A DNA stretch of 24,880 nucleotides from a virus (IMGVR_UViG_3300020044_000107:1-24880), one strand, 5' to 3'; counted from the stretch's first letter, positions 8,849 to 18,826 are shown. Notes: generated by a model not told the origin, from the letters alone. Translations and numbers: made by a program.

Positions 8849-9189
8849 TAGGCTCGTTAAGAACCCAAGTGCGGGCGGCTATGGTCTTTAACGGGCATAC
8901 AATACAAGATATAGATGCGCTTGATGAGCATACCATGAATGAAATAACAGTCATGTATGCGGATGGGTTAGTTGGAAATAGAAGCTTATTAACTATGCAG
9001 GGAACTCTAATAGCTGGAGTTTTTAATTATTTAAGAGCAAGTAATAGCCAACCTTATACTCTAAAAAGCGTTTTAGGTAGTGCTTATGAATATTTTTATG
9101 GAATAGAGAAAGCTGATCCTAGCGAATCTTTATTAACATTTATGTCGCAAGCACCTGACTTTAAAATGGACAGATTTAAAGGTAAATAA
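8830..9189 (+). CDS. Tail assembly chaperone extension (gpT-like), probably expressed as a G-T fusion by -1 frameshift
   Basis: The -1 frame is open from 8830 (after TAA at 8827-8829) to 9189 and overlaps the last codons of the upstream gene. No clear SD for GTG 8869. Classic G/GT position. Confidence 0.62.
   Translation, partial: RHKVKVVGSLRTQVRAAMVFNGHTIQDIDALDEHTMNEITVMYADGLVGNRSLLTMQGTLIAGVFNYLRASNSQPYTLKSVLGSAYEYFYGIEKADPSESLLTFMSQAPDFKMDRFKGK
8835..8896 (+). promoter_or_regulatory. Putative -1 ribosomal frameshift cassette (A_AAG slip plus 3' hairpin)
   Basis: ATA AAG TCA AAG TAG, then 6 nt after the last AAG a stem GCTCGTTAAGAACC (8852-8865) / GGTCTTTAACGGGC (8883-8896) with 13 of 14 pairs including two G-U. 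Confidence 0.55.
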
Positions 9190-9191
9190 TC

Positions 9192-10979
9192 ATGGCAATT
9201 ATTTCAAGATTAGCGGTTTTACTTGGGCTTGATGCAGGCGAGTTTAATGCCAATCTAGGTAAGGCTAAAGACAAAGTAGAAGGATTTAGCACAGGCGCAA
9301 AAGTATCTTTACTTGCGGTTGGTGCGGCTTTTACTGCTTCCGCTCGTGAAGCAATTAACTTTGCCGACAAAATAAATGATGTCGCTAAAGCTAATGAAAT
9401 GTCCGTTCAATCTGTATTGCGTATGTCGCAAGCTTTATCAACGAATGGTGGTAATGCTGACGATGCTGGCAAACTTATGGCATCGTTCGCTAATAAAATT
9501 GATGAAGCCGCTCAAGGATCATCAAAAGCACAAAAAGCCTTTTTATCAATTGGCGTTTCCATTAAAGATTTAAAAACTCTCGCACCTGATGAGTTATTTC
9601 AAAAAACTATTAAATCCCTTGCTGGTATTGAAGATCCCGCTAAACGAAATGCGCTTGCTATGGATATGTTTGGCAGAGCTATTCGCGGTGTTGATATTAA
9701 AGGCATGGCGGAAGAATTTGAAAAAATTAAAAGTAAATTTGCAGGATCGGAAGAAGCATTTAAAAGTGTAGGAAATTCTGTTGATAGATTAGATAGATTC
9801 TTTTTAAATTTAAAAGTTACTCTTGCCACTCGCCTTGCTCCAGCTTTTGAATATGTAACAATTGCTATGGAAAATTGGCAAAATAAATCACAAGGTATAG
9901 TTGATAGATTTGCTGAAATTAGAAAAGAAGCAGGATGGTGGGCGGCTTGGAAAGATAAAGAAGGTTTCCAAAAATTTGAATTTCCTACACGCGGTTCGGT
10001 TCAGGGAGCTAATGTTCCTGGCATTATGTCAGGCATTGGTGGTGTAGCCGCGCCTAAAAAAGATATTAGAGATGTTGAGATTGATGAAAAACAAAAAGCA
10101 GAATTAAAACGCTTAAAAGAAGCCGCAGAAAGACAACAAGAATTTTACGAAAAAGAAATGTTAGTTAGCAAAGCTAAAGGCGAAAGATTACAAAAAGAAC
10201 ATGAATTAGCTTTTGTTTCAGAAAACGAAAGAAAGCTACAATTAGAAATATATGACATTGAACAAAAGCGCAAACAATTAACTTTAGGCGATCAATATGG
10301 TCGCAAGATGACAGAGCAAGATGCTAATAAATGGATGGAAGCAGAAAAGGCTCGCGCGCAAGAAGCTTATGCAATTGCTCAACAACAAAGAGATTTTGAA
10401 TATGGATGGAAAAAAGCTTTTGCTAGTTATACAGATAGCGCTACTAATGCCGCTAAAATGGGTGAACAAGCATTCGTATCTGTTACTCAAAACCTTGAAC
10501 AAGCATTAGATAATTTTGTTCAAACAGGAAAATTAAGCTTTAGTGATTTAGCAAGAAGCATTATTAGCGATCTTATTAAAATTCAATTAAAAGCACAAGC
10601 TACTGCAATATTTAAAAGTTCAGGAATAGGCGATTTTTTTAGTAGTATATTTGGTGGCGGTAGCAGTGCTTCACCTGCATTTGGTTCAACTGCTTTTTGG
10701 GGTGGTAAAGCCGAAGGCGGTGATGTTAATGGTAGTAGTTCATATATGGTAGGAGAGCGAGGTCCTGAATTATTTGTGCCTAACACTCCAGGCACTATTA
10801 TTCCAAACAACCAATTAAGTTCTATGGGCGGTGGACCTCAAGTCGTGTATAATGGTCCTTACATTGCTAACATGAGCGCTATTGATACACAAAGCGCAAC
10901 ACAATTTTTGGCTAAAAATAAACAAGCAGTTTGGGGTGCTAATCAATCTGCTCAAAGATCACTACCGCAATCGAGATAA
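9192..10979 (+). CDS. Tail tape measure protein, lambda-family C-terminus (595 aa)
   Basis: N-terminal ISRLAVLLGLDAGEFNANL, helical Ala/Lys-rich body, GWKKAFASYTDSATNAA...NFVQTGKLSFSDLARSIISDL and AEGGDV...YMVGERGPELFVP. Confidence 0.93.
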   Translation: MAIISRLAVLLGLDAGEFNANLGKAKDKVEGFSTGAKVSLLAVGAAFTASAREAINFADKINDVAKANEMSVQSVLRMSQALSTNGGNADDAGKLMASFANKIDEAAQGSSKAQKAFLSIGVSIKDLKTLAPDELFQKTIKSLAGIEDPAKRNALAMDMFGRAIRGVDIKGMAEEFEKIKSKFAGSEEAFKSVGNSVDRLDRFFLNLKVTLATRLAPAFEYVTIAMENWQNKSQGIVDRFAEIRKEAGWWAAWKDKEGFQKFEFPTRGSVQGANVPGIMSGIGGVAAPKKDIRDVEIDEKQKAELKRLKEAAERQQEFYEKEMLVSKAKGERLQKEHELAFVSENERKLQLEIYDIEQKRKQLTLGDQYGRKMTEQDANKWMEAEKARAQEAYAIAQQQRDFEYGWKKAFASYTDSATNAAKMGEQAFVSVTQNLEQALDNFVQTGKLSFSDLARSIISDLIKIQLKAQATAIFKSSGIGDFFSSIFGGGSSASPAFGSTAFWGGKAEGGDVNGSSSYMVGERGPELFVPNTPGTIIPNNQLSSMGGGPQVVYNGPYIANMSAIDTQSATQFLAKNKQAVWGANQSAQRSLPQSR

Positions 10980-10982
10980 TAT

Positions 10983-11666
10983 ATGTCCACATTAAATCAA
11001 ATATTAGCAATATCTGAATCAGTAGGCATTAATGACCATAGATTTATTGGTCAAATGATGAGCCGAAATCAGCGCGTTGCTACTTCCGAAATTCTTACTG
11101 TTCAACCATTTCAATTTGATATGAAGCCAATGAATTATTTGCTTTATAGTCAAAACAGAGCTTTATTATCTAACTTGCGTGAAGTGGATCGCCAATATGA
11201 ATCTTACCTAAACTTTGGTTCTACAGGCTGGTGGAATTATATTGCTTATCAAGGCGACATGAATTCTGCTCAAATACCTGATTGTCAATATCAAACATCA
11301 AGCGCTAATAAAACAATTGTATTAGGAAATCTTCCAGCAATACCTTCAACTGATTACATTGTTAAAACAGGCGACTTTTTACAGATTGATCGTTATGCTT
11401 ATATAGCAACTGCCGATGTTCAAAGAGGTGCTGGATCAACTGTTAATATTCCTGTTCACAGAACCATTATGACTACGCTTGCAAGTCCTATGGATGCAGT
11501 TATAGGTCAATATGGCATTACACAATCATTAGGTGGATTAACTTATATTGGCGTAACATTCCCTGTTATTCTTACAGAATATCCAGGATATAGTTTTGTT
11601 CCAATGACTAATGATTCATTCATATCATGGAGTGGATCATTTAAAGCAATAGAAGCGGTTTTATAA
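10983..11666 (+). CDS. Distal tail protein (Dit-like)
   Basis: Immediately after the tape measure; 227 aa; beta-rich with VKTGDFLQI insert and terminal FKAIEAVL. Call rests mainly on position. Confidence 0.55.
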   Translation: MSTLNQILAISESVGINDHRFIGQMMSRNQRVATSEILTVQPFQFDMKPMNYLLYSQNRALLSNLREVDRQYESYLNFGSTGWWNYIAYQGDMNSAQIPDCQYQTSSANKTIVLGNLPAIPSTDYIVKTGDFLQIDRYAYIATADVQRGAGSTVNIPVHRTIMTTLASPMDAVIGQYGITQSLGGLTYIGVTFPVILTEYPGYSFVPMTNDSFISWSGSFKAIEAVL

Positions 11667-12262
11667 TGTCAAACGATATAATACCAATACAAAATACTAA
11701 TAACATAAGGATGGCAGATTTCGTAAGAGTTACGACTGCTAGTGGCGTTTATCGTTTTGCAACAACCCCTTCTGTATTAACTATTCCTGCCGTTGATGCT
11801 CAACCTTTTGATGCTCTTGGTGCATTAGTTAAAATTAATGATGTTCAACGCGACATTAAATCAACTGCCAATGAAACAACTATAACTTTAGTCGGACTTG
11901 ATACCGCATTATTGGGATGGGTATTAGGACATGATATTAAAGGTTCTTTAATTGAAATGTGGCATGGATTTTTTGATGACCAAAATGAGTTAATTACTAC
12001 AGGCGGATCAGGCGGTCTTTATAAATTCTTTACAGGCTATATTAGTTCCTTTTCTATTTCAGAACAATATATGGAAGAAGCAAGGGCGTATGTAGGAATT
12101 ATAACCGCTTCAGCATCTAGCATTCAAATAATTCTTCAAAATAGAACTGCTGGCAGATATACCAATAACAATGCTTGGCAATTTTTTAATCCTGGCGATA
12201 CTTCAATGAATCGTGTTAATTTTATTGAAACTATTAATTACGCTTTTGGAAAAGAAGGTTGA
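11666..12262 (+). CDS. Tail-tip / baseplate hub protein (DUF2163 / lambda gpL-like position)
   Basis: FDALGALVKINDVQRDI, ITLVGLD, IEMWHGFFD, FFTGYISSFSISE, RYTNNNAWQFFNPGDTSM pattern seen in siphophage tip genes between Dit and J. Confidence 0.6.
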   Translation: MSNDIIPIQNTNNIRMADFVRVTTASGVYRFATTPSVLTIPAVDAQPFDALGALVKINDVQRDIKSTANETTITLVGLDTALLGWVLGHDIKGSLIEMWHGFFDDQNELITTGGSGGLYKFFTGYISSFSISEQYMEEARAYVGIITASASSIQIILQNRTAGRYTNNNAWQFFNPGDTSMNRVNFIETINYAFGKEG

Positions 12263-12693
12263 TTAGAAAAGCCACAAAATACGATAAGACACAATTAGCC
12301 GAAATGTTAAAAATGTTTCGTGATGAAAGTCCTATTCAGCAATATAAAAAATTAAATAATTATGATTATATTTATTCTTTAATAGATAGTATTGTTGCTG
12401 GTAGAGGTGTTATTTTTATTGAAGATAACATAGGATTTATTATGGCAATTATAACACCTACAATATGGTGCGATAAAACTTATGCTATGTATGAATTAGC
12501 ATGGTATGTAAAGCCTGAATACAGAATGGGAATGGTAGGTATAAGATTACTAAAAGAATATATTAACTATGCCAAGCAATTAAAAGAAGAAGGCAAAATT
12601 AAATTATTTACTGTTACTAAAATGACTACTAGCCCTGATCTTGATTATTCAAGATTTGGATTTAAAAAAATAGAAGAAAACTGGATGCAATGA
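12259..12693 (+). CDS. GNAT-family acetyltransferase-like protein
   Basis: N-terminal IRKATKYD, motif A-like WYVKPEYRMGMVGIRLLKEY, motif B-like YSRFGFKKIE. TTG start overlaps the previous stop (TTGA) and its stop overlaps the next start (ATGA). Confidence 0.75.
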   Translation: MIRKATKYDKTQLAEMLKMFRDESPIQQYKKLNNYDYIYSLIDSIVAGRGVIFIEDNIGFIMAIITPTIWCDKTYAMYELAWYVKPEYRMGMVGIRLLKEYINYAKQLKEEGKIKLFTVTKMTTSPDLDYSRFGFKKIEENWMQ

Positions 12694-15600
12694 TTGTTTT
12701 TATAATTAACTTTTTTATATTCTTTTTGCTATGCGCGCCCGCATACGCAATCGGAACTATTATTGCAACTGCCGTATTATCTGCTGGAACTGCTGGCTGG
12801 ATTGTAAGCACAGTAGCTTTTGCTATTAATATGGTTGCATCATCTATTCTTTCTAAAATATTTGCGCCTAGCATTCCAGGACAAGACAATCTTAATGCAC
12901 AACAACCTAATCCTGGTAATAGACAACAACTTCCACCTGCTGGCGATAATAAACTTCCTGTTATTTATGGATCAGCTTATGTAGGTGGTGTTATTACCGA
13001 TATGTCTATTACGGAAGATAATCAAAATATCTATTGGGTATTTGCTTTATCTGAAGTAACTAATACAGAAACAGGTGGAACTCCTGATACATTTACTTTT
13101 GGTGATGTTTACTGGGGCGGAAAAAAAGTAATATTTGGAAGTGGCTCGGCAGTAACAGGATTAGAAGATGAATCTACAGGCGAAGTTCAAGATGTTACAG
13201 GCTATATGGATATATGGTTGTATCGTAATGGATCAAGCCAGCCTACTAATACTGCAACATCGGCTATTGATGTAATGAATAGTGCTGGTCTTATTTATAC
13301 TTGGGATGCTACCAAATTAATGAGTAATACGGCATTTGCTATTGTTCATCTTAAATATAATCAAGATAGAAACTTAACTGGATTAAATCAAACTAGATTT
13401 CAAATTACCAATTCAAGAACTGCGCCTGGTGATTGCTTCCTAGATTATTTTACTTCTACAAGATATGGCGCGGCAATTCCTGTAGCTAATATTAATACTG
13501 ATTCATTAGATGATCTAAATACATATTCAAGTCAATCATTTACATATACGGATTATGATGGCAATACAACAACTCAACCTAGATTTACATTTAATGGTTC
13601 AATAGATACCAATTTAAAAATCATGCAAAACATTCAATCAATGTCAGATTGTTGTGATTGTTTGGTTAAATACAATGAAATATTAGGTTTATGGGGTGTG
13701 ATTGTTCAAAGCCCAACTTATACAATTGCTATGGATATTAATAACACTAATATGATTGGCGGAATTACTGTAACTCCTATTGATCTTAATAATTCATTTA
13801 ATGTCATTGAAGTTAAATTTCCCGATGGTTCTGCTAAAGACAGTTTTAATTCAGCTACATTTGATTTGGCAACTATTGATCCAAGTCTTTTATTTGCTAA
13901 TGAGCCTGTCAATAAACAATCAGTTAATCTTTATTTAGTTAATAACAATGTTCAAGCCCAATATCTTGCTAACAGAATGCTTGAAGCGGCAAGGGAAGAT
14001 TTACAAATTCAATGTGAAATTAATTTTATAGGTCTTGAATTAGAAGCTGGCGATATTGTTACAGTTACTAATGCCAATTATGGCTGGGTAGCAAAAGAAT
14101 TTAGAATTAATAAAGTTATAGAAAAATTTAGTGATACTGGTCAAGTTACTGCATCACTTAATTTAATGGAATTTAATGCTCAAGTTTATGATGATGTTAA
14201 TATAACTGAATTTACACCAAGTCCTAATACTGGCATTGGTAGCCCTGTAACATTTGGAACTGTTCCTGCACCTGTAGTTACTGCACAATATCCTAATATA
14301 GCTATTCCTAGTATCTTTGTAACGCCAACATCATCAAGCGCTGGTATTACTCAATATGCTGAAATTTGGTATTCAGCTTATCAATATCCTACGACTAGCC
14401 AATTAATATTTGCTGGCACTACCGCTATTCAATCTAATGGCAATCCTTATGGATTAAGTGAAGTTTTACCGCCTGTTGAAATATCTAATTTACCTGCGGG
14501 CAATTGGTATTTCTTTAGTCGTATGGTCAATGCTATTGCTTCAAGTGATTATTCATTAGCTTCAACATTATTAGAATGGCGACCTACTACATGGCAATAT
14601 ACAGACCGATATTTATCTATTGCTTATGCTGACGATATAGATGGAACAGGATTTGATTTAAACCCTAGAAATAAATTGTATTATGGATATTATAATACTT
14701 CATCCACTACACCTTCTAGTAATTCAGCCGACTATGCTGGCACTTGGACATTAGCCGATCCAGCGTTTGGCACAAACATTTATTTAATTTATGTCAATAG
14801 ACAAAACTTTAAATTTAGCTTTGATACAGATTTTGCTACTTACGCTTCAGGATCAGGCGCATTCGTGCCTACAACAACCGCTAACTTTGATCCTAAAATA
14901 TGGTCAGCTTTACCTGATGGCACAAACATAATTGATTTAAGACCTTCTACAGGACAGTTTTTAGGTGTAGGCAATACAACGACAGGCACAGGACAAATTA
15001 AAATTACGAATACTAATGATGGTCAAGTGATTGCGTCATTAGATCAATTCCTAGACTTTGGTGGTCCTACTATTAAAACAGGAACGGCTACTACATTAAC
15101 CATTGACATTTATGGTCGCGTTGTAGGCTTTACAACACCTGATGATTTCTACATGACTATTGATAGCTTTGTAGCTACCTCAAGCCAAACTGCATTTAGC
15201 GTTACAAGAAATGCTAATTATATTAATGGTCAATGTTGGGTATTTCAAAATGGTTGTTTATTAAATGAAGATGAATATACAGATACTAATACAACTGTTA
15301 CTTTAGATACTGGCGCTGACTTAAACGATCAAATAGATATTGTTTCATTTAGAGCAATTTCAAGTGGTAATTTTTATGCTTCTACATCATTAATTGTGGA
15401 TAGCGTAGCTGGTTCTGTAGTAACTTATGGTTCAACTGCATTACCTCATCAATTAATTAATGCTGGCGATATAATGACATTTAGCAATACAGGAACGCCA
15501 ACACAATACACAGTCGCAAGTGTTAATTATGCAACTTATGAAATTACATTTACAACTTCCGTAACTGCATCTAATGGCGATTCTATTTATATTTATCGTG

Positions 15601-16061
15601 CCGCCGCTTCATCATATCCTGTATTTAGCAGATTCAATGCTTCATTAACTAATGCTTCATCTTATACGCCTACAGAATGGTCTTTCTTATCAGGATATGA
15701 ATTACCATTTATGAATGGCACAGTAGTTCCCGATCAAGATTATGATATTGTAAGTAATACTTATACCAATTTACCAAACACAACAAGCGGCACTTTATCC
15801 ATTATTCAATTTACTGCAAACAATACAACGACACCTACAGGCACACCTGTAAATTCACCTGTGTTTTCAGTTATAGGACAAGATACTTATGAATTTAATT
15901 ACACAATTGACGCTTTTAATTTATACGGAAATGGGGTATTATTAGTCGATCCTGATGATTACACTACAGGGATAACAGGGCAATATACATTAACAACTGT
16001 GCCTGATACTAATATTACTGTTTTACAACAACAAACATACGCACGCGCTGGTGCGGCATAA
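12690..16061 (+). CDS. Tail tip attachment / central fibre protein (lambda J-like), 1123 aa
   Basis: LPVIYGSAYVGG, PGDCFLDYFTSTRYGAAIP, RFTFNGSIDT, NVIEVKFPD, QAQYLANRMLEAAR, LEAGDIVTVTNANYGW..KEFRI, followed by FN3-like and Thr-rich beta domains. Confidence 0.85.
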   Translation: MIVFIINFFIFFLLCAPAYAIGTIIATAVLSAGTAGWIVSTVAFAINMVASSILSKIFAPSIPGQDNLNAQQPNPGNRQQLPPAGDNKLPVIYGSAYVGGVITDMSITEDNQNIYWVFALSEVTNTETGGTPDTFTFGDVYWGGKKVIFGSGSAVTGLEDESTGEVQDVTGYMDIWLYRNGSSQPTNTATSAIDVMNSAGLIYTWDATKLMSNTAFAIVHLKYNQDRNLTGLNQTRFQITNSRTAPGDCFLDYFTSTRYGAAIPVANINTDSLDDLNTYSSQSFTYTDYDGNTTTQPRFTFNGSIDTNLKIMQNIQSMSDCCDCLVKYNEILGLWGVIVQSPTYTIAMDINNTNMIGGITVTPIDLNNSFNVIEVKFPDGSAKDSFNSATFDLATIDPSLLFANEPVNKQSVNLYLVNNNVQAQYLANRMLEAAREDLQIQCEINFIGLELEAGDIVTVTNANYGWVAKEFRINKVIEKFSDTGQVTASLNLMEFNAQVYDDVNITEFTPSPNTGIGSPVTFGTVPAPVVTAQYPNIAIPSIFVTPTSSSAGITQYAEIWYSAYQYPTTSQLIFAGTTAIQSNGNPYGLSEVLPPVEISNLPAGNWYFFSRMVNAIASSDYSLASTLLEWRPTTWQYTDRYLSIAYADDIDGTGFDLNPRNKLYYGYYNTSSTTPSSNSADYAGTWTLADPAFGTNIYLIYVNRQNFKFSFDTDFATYASGSGAFVPTTTANFDPKIWSALPDGTNIIDLRPSTGQFLGVGNTTTGTGQIKITNTNDGQVIASLDQFLDFGGPTIKTGTATTLTIDIYGRVVGFTTPDDFYMTIDSFVATSSQTAFSVTRNANYINGQCWVFQNGCLLNEDEYTDTNTTVTLDTGADLNDQIDIVSFRAISSGNFYASTSLIVDSVAGSVVTYGSTALPHQLINAGDIMTFSNTGTPTQYTVASVNYATYEITFTTSVTASNGDSIYIYRAAASSYPVFSRFNASLTNASSYTPTEWSFLSGYELPFMNGTVVPDQDYDIVSNTYTNLPNTTSGTLSIIQFTANNTTTPTGTPVNSPVFSVIGQDTYEFNYTIDAFNLYGNGVLLVDPDDYTTGITGQYTLTTVPDTNITVLQQQTYARAGAA

Positions 16062-16070
16062 GGATTAATA

Positions 16071-17459
16071 ATGACGCAAGCCTTCAATTTATCACAATTT
16101 GCCAATAAAGTAGATTCAAGCGGTCAAGCCGATGCTTCCACAGGATTTACAGGCACAATTTCAACATCTAATTTACCTACTATTCCCACCACTAAAGGCG
16201 GCACAGGATTAACGGCAGTCGGAACTGCTGGTCAAGTATTAAAATCAAACGGATCAACATTATCATGGGGTAATGTAGCTGGCACAATTGCATGGCAATC
16301 TGTTCAAGCTGCTGATTTTACTGCAACATCTAATTATGGTTATCCAGTCAATACAACTTCAGGATCAATAACAGTAACACTTCCAGCAAGCCCAAGTGCT
16401 GGCGATATGATTTCAATTATTGACTATGCTGGAACAAGTGCTACTAATAATATTAAATTAGCAAGAAATGGAAATAAAATTGAAGGCGGCACAAATGATA
16501 AATGGATACAAACAAATCGCGAAGGTTTAACTTTTGTATATGCTGATTCTACTCAAGGATGGGTAGCAATAAGCGATGTATATTCAACAACACCTTGGGC
16601 TAATCCTACTTATTTAGCAACATATTTAGTAGTCGCTGGTGGCGGTGGTGGTGGTGGACAACAAGGTTCAGGTGGCGGTGCTGGTGGTTATCAAACATCA
16701 ACTGCATCTTTATCACCTGGTGCAGTTTATACTGTAACTGTAGGTGCTGGTGGTGCTGGATGCGGCACTTCACCACAAGGTGGTATTGGTGTGCAAGGCT
16801 CAAATTCAGTTTTATCAGGCACAGGAGTATCTATTACTTCTATAGGCGGTGGATATGGTGCTGGTTATCTAACAAGAAATGGTGGTAATGGTGGATCAGG
16901 TGGTGGTGGCTCAACAAATACATCATCAAATGTAGGAACAGTAGGAGCTGGAACTTCAGGTCAAGGTAATAATGGTGGATTGGGCGCACAAGGAACAGGA
17001 TCAGGAAACAATGGTGGTGGTGGTGGCGGAGCTAGTGCAGTAGGTTCTGCGGCTACTTCAACTCAAGCTGGTGCTGGCGGCAATGGAACTGCATCATCAA
17101 TTACAGGTTCAAGTGTAACTTATGCAGGTGGCGGTGGCGGCGGATATGGCGCACAACCTACTTCAGATACTACACATTTTGGACCTGGTGGATCAGGTGG
17201 TGGTGGTCGTGGTGGATCAGGTGATCCTGGTGGTGGTGGTCTTGCTTCAGTAGCTGGAACTGCTAATACAGGCGGCGGTGGTGGTGGTGCTGGTGGAACT
17301 AATGGCACTCAAGCTGGGGCAACAGGTGGTTCAGGTGTTGTTATTCTTTCTGTGCCTACTGCAAGCTATTCAGGCACAACAACTGGTAGCCCAACTATAA
17401 CAACAAGTGGTGCAAACACAATTATTAAATTTAACGCATCAGGTTCTTATACTGCATAG
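16071..17459 (+). CDS. Glycine-rich tail fibre / adhesin, copy 1
   Basis: IPTTKGGTG fibre motif; beta module VNTTSGSITVTLPASPSAGD...FVYADSTQGW; then YLVVAGGGGGG...GGSGVVIL glycine-rich domain with many G4-G6 runs. Confidence 0.75.
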   Translation: MTQAFNLSQFANKVDSSGQADASTGFTGTISTSNLPTIPTTKGGTGLTAVGTAGQVLKSNGSTLSWGNVAGTIAWQSVQAADFTATSNYGYPVNTTSGSITVTLPASPSAGDMISIIDYAGTSATNNIKLARNGNKIEGGTNDKWIQTNREGLTFVYADSTQGWVAISDVYSTTPWANPTYLATYLVVAGGGGGGGQQGSGGGAGGYQTSTASLSPGAVYTVTVGAGGAGCGTSPQGGIGVQGSNSVLSGTGVSITSIGGGYGAGYLTRNGGNGGSGGGGSTNTSSNVGTVGAGTSGQGNNGGLGAQGTGSGNNGGGGGGASAVGSAATSTQAGAGGNGTASSITGSSVTYAGGGGGGYGAQPTSDTTHFGPGGSGGGGRGGSGDPGGGGLASVAGTANTGGGGGGAGGTNGTQAGATGGSGVVILSVPTASYSGTTTGSPTITTSGANTIIKFNASGSYTA

Positions 17460-17467
17460 GATAATTA

Positions 17468-18826
17468 ATGTCGCAAGCATATAATTTAGGAAAGTTTGCT
17501 AATACCTTAAATACATCAGGTCAAATTGATACGACTACTGGTATTACAGGAACATTTCCTACAACTAATTTACCTACTATACCTATTAACAAAGGTGGAA
17601 CTAACCTAACAACTGTAGGCGCTAATGGCACAATTCTATCAACTGATGGATCAGCTTATACATACGGATCAGCTTCAGGTGCTTTAACTTGGGATACAGT
17701 TAAAACTTCATCATTTACTGCCGTTGCTGGATATGGTTATTTAGTTAATACTACTTCATCAACAATTACAGTAACTTTACCATCAAGCCCTAGCATTGGA
17801 CAGTCAGTAGTGGTTGTGGATTACGCTGGAACTGCGGCAACTAATAATATAACTGTTGATCCTAATGGATCAAAGATTAATTCTAGTGGTGCTAATGCAG
17901 TTATTAACACAAATAGAACAGGATTAACTTTTGTTTATATAGACGCTACGCAAGGTTGGCTTGCACAATCTAATGTGTATTCAGGAAATCCACCTTTTTT
18001 AAGAACAGTTTTAATTTCATATCTTATTGTAGCGGGCGGTGGTGGTGGTGCTGGCGCTGGCGGTGGCGGTGGCGGTGCTGGTGGTATGCTTACAGGATCA
18101 ACAACATTATCTGTAGGAACTACTTATACTGCAACTATTGGTGGTGGAGGTGCTGGTGGCGCTGGAGTATATAATAGTGCATCATCAAGAGGAACAACTG
18201 GAAATAATTCATCATTTACAGGATTAACTACTGCATCGGGCGGTGGTGGCGGCGGTTCAGGTCAAGATTTTGGTGTTGGAACTGGAACTGGATTATCAGG
18301 TGGTTCAGGCGGCGGTGGTGGTGGAGCTAAAGGTGGATCAAATTATGCTGGTGGATCAGGAACTTCAGGTCAAGGAAATTCAGGCGGAACGGGAAGTGGT
18401 TCTGCTGGGGAATATGGTTCTGCTGGTGGTGGTGGCGCTGGTGTAACTGGTTCTAATGGATCAGGATCAGGATCAGGAAATGGTGGTGCTGGATCAGCAT
18501 CTAGTATTACAGGATCATCAATAACATACGCTGGCGGTGGTGGTGGTGGTGCTTACACAGGAAATGTTAATGGAACTGGTGGCGCTGGTGGTGGTGGTAA
18601 AGGTGGTGGTTCTACTGTTGCTACATCAGGAACGGCTAATCTTGGCGGTGGCGGTGGTGGCGGAGCAGTTTCATATACCGCTAGTGGTGCTGGAGGATCA
18701 GGCGTAATAATATTATCAATTCCAACTTCTTCTTATTCAGGAACAACTACAGGATCACCTACAATTACAACTTCAGGTTCTAATACAATTATTAAATTTA
18801 CTGCTTCAGGATCATATACCGCATAA
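17468..18826 (+). CDS. Glycine-rich tail fibre / adhesin, copy 2 (paralog of 16071..17459)
   Basis: Same architecture end to end; near-identical C-terminus SYSGTTTGSPTITTSG.NTIIKF.ASGSYTA. Confidence 0.75.
   Translation: MSQAYNLGKFANTLNTSGQIDTTTGITGTFPTTNLPTIPINKGGTNLTTVGANGTILSTDGSAYTYGSASGALTWDTVKTSSFTAVAGYGYLVNTTSSTITVTLPSSPSIGQSVVVVDYAGTAATNNITVDPNGSKINSSGANAVINTNRTGLTFVYIDATQGWLAQSNVYSGNPPFLRTVLISYLIVAGGGGGAGAGGGGGGAGGMLTGSTTLSVGTTYTATIGGGGAGGAGVYNSASSRGTTGNNSSFTGLTTASGGGGGGSGQDFGVGTGTGLSGGSGGGGGGAKGGSNYAGGSGTSGQGNSGGTGSGSAGEYGSAGGGGAGVTGSNGSGSGSGNGGAGSASSITGSSITYAGGGGGGAYTGNVNGTGGAGGGGKGGGSTVATSGTANLGGGGGGGAVSYTASGAGGSGVIILSIPTSSYSGTTTGSPTITTSGSNTIIKFTASGSYTA

Noticed and set aside
2177-13912. 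Short nested ORFs on either strand within head, tape measure and tip genes
   Set aside because: Contained in or antisense to long conserved genes, with no independent signals.
16606-18446. Poly-Pro/His antisense ORFs and an alternate-frame ORF in the glycine-rich fibres
   Set aside because: Mirror images of GGT/GGC runs, fully nested in well-supported genes.
17320-18826. Possible diversity-generating retroelement TR/VR pair from the similar fibre C-termini
   Set aside because: Differences are mainly synonymous rather than adenine-specific, both copies are coding, and there is no reverse transcriptase in the window.
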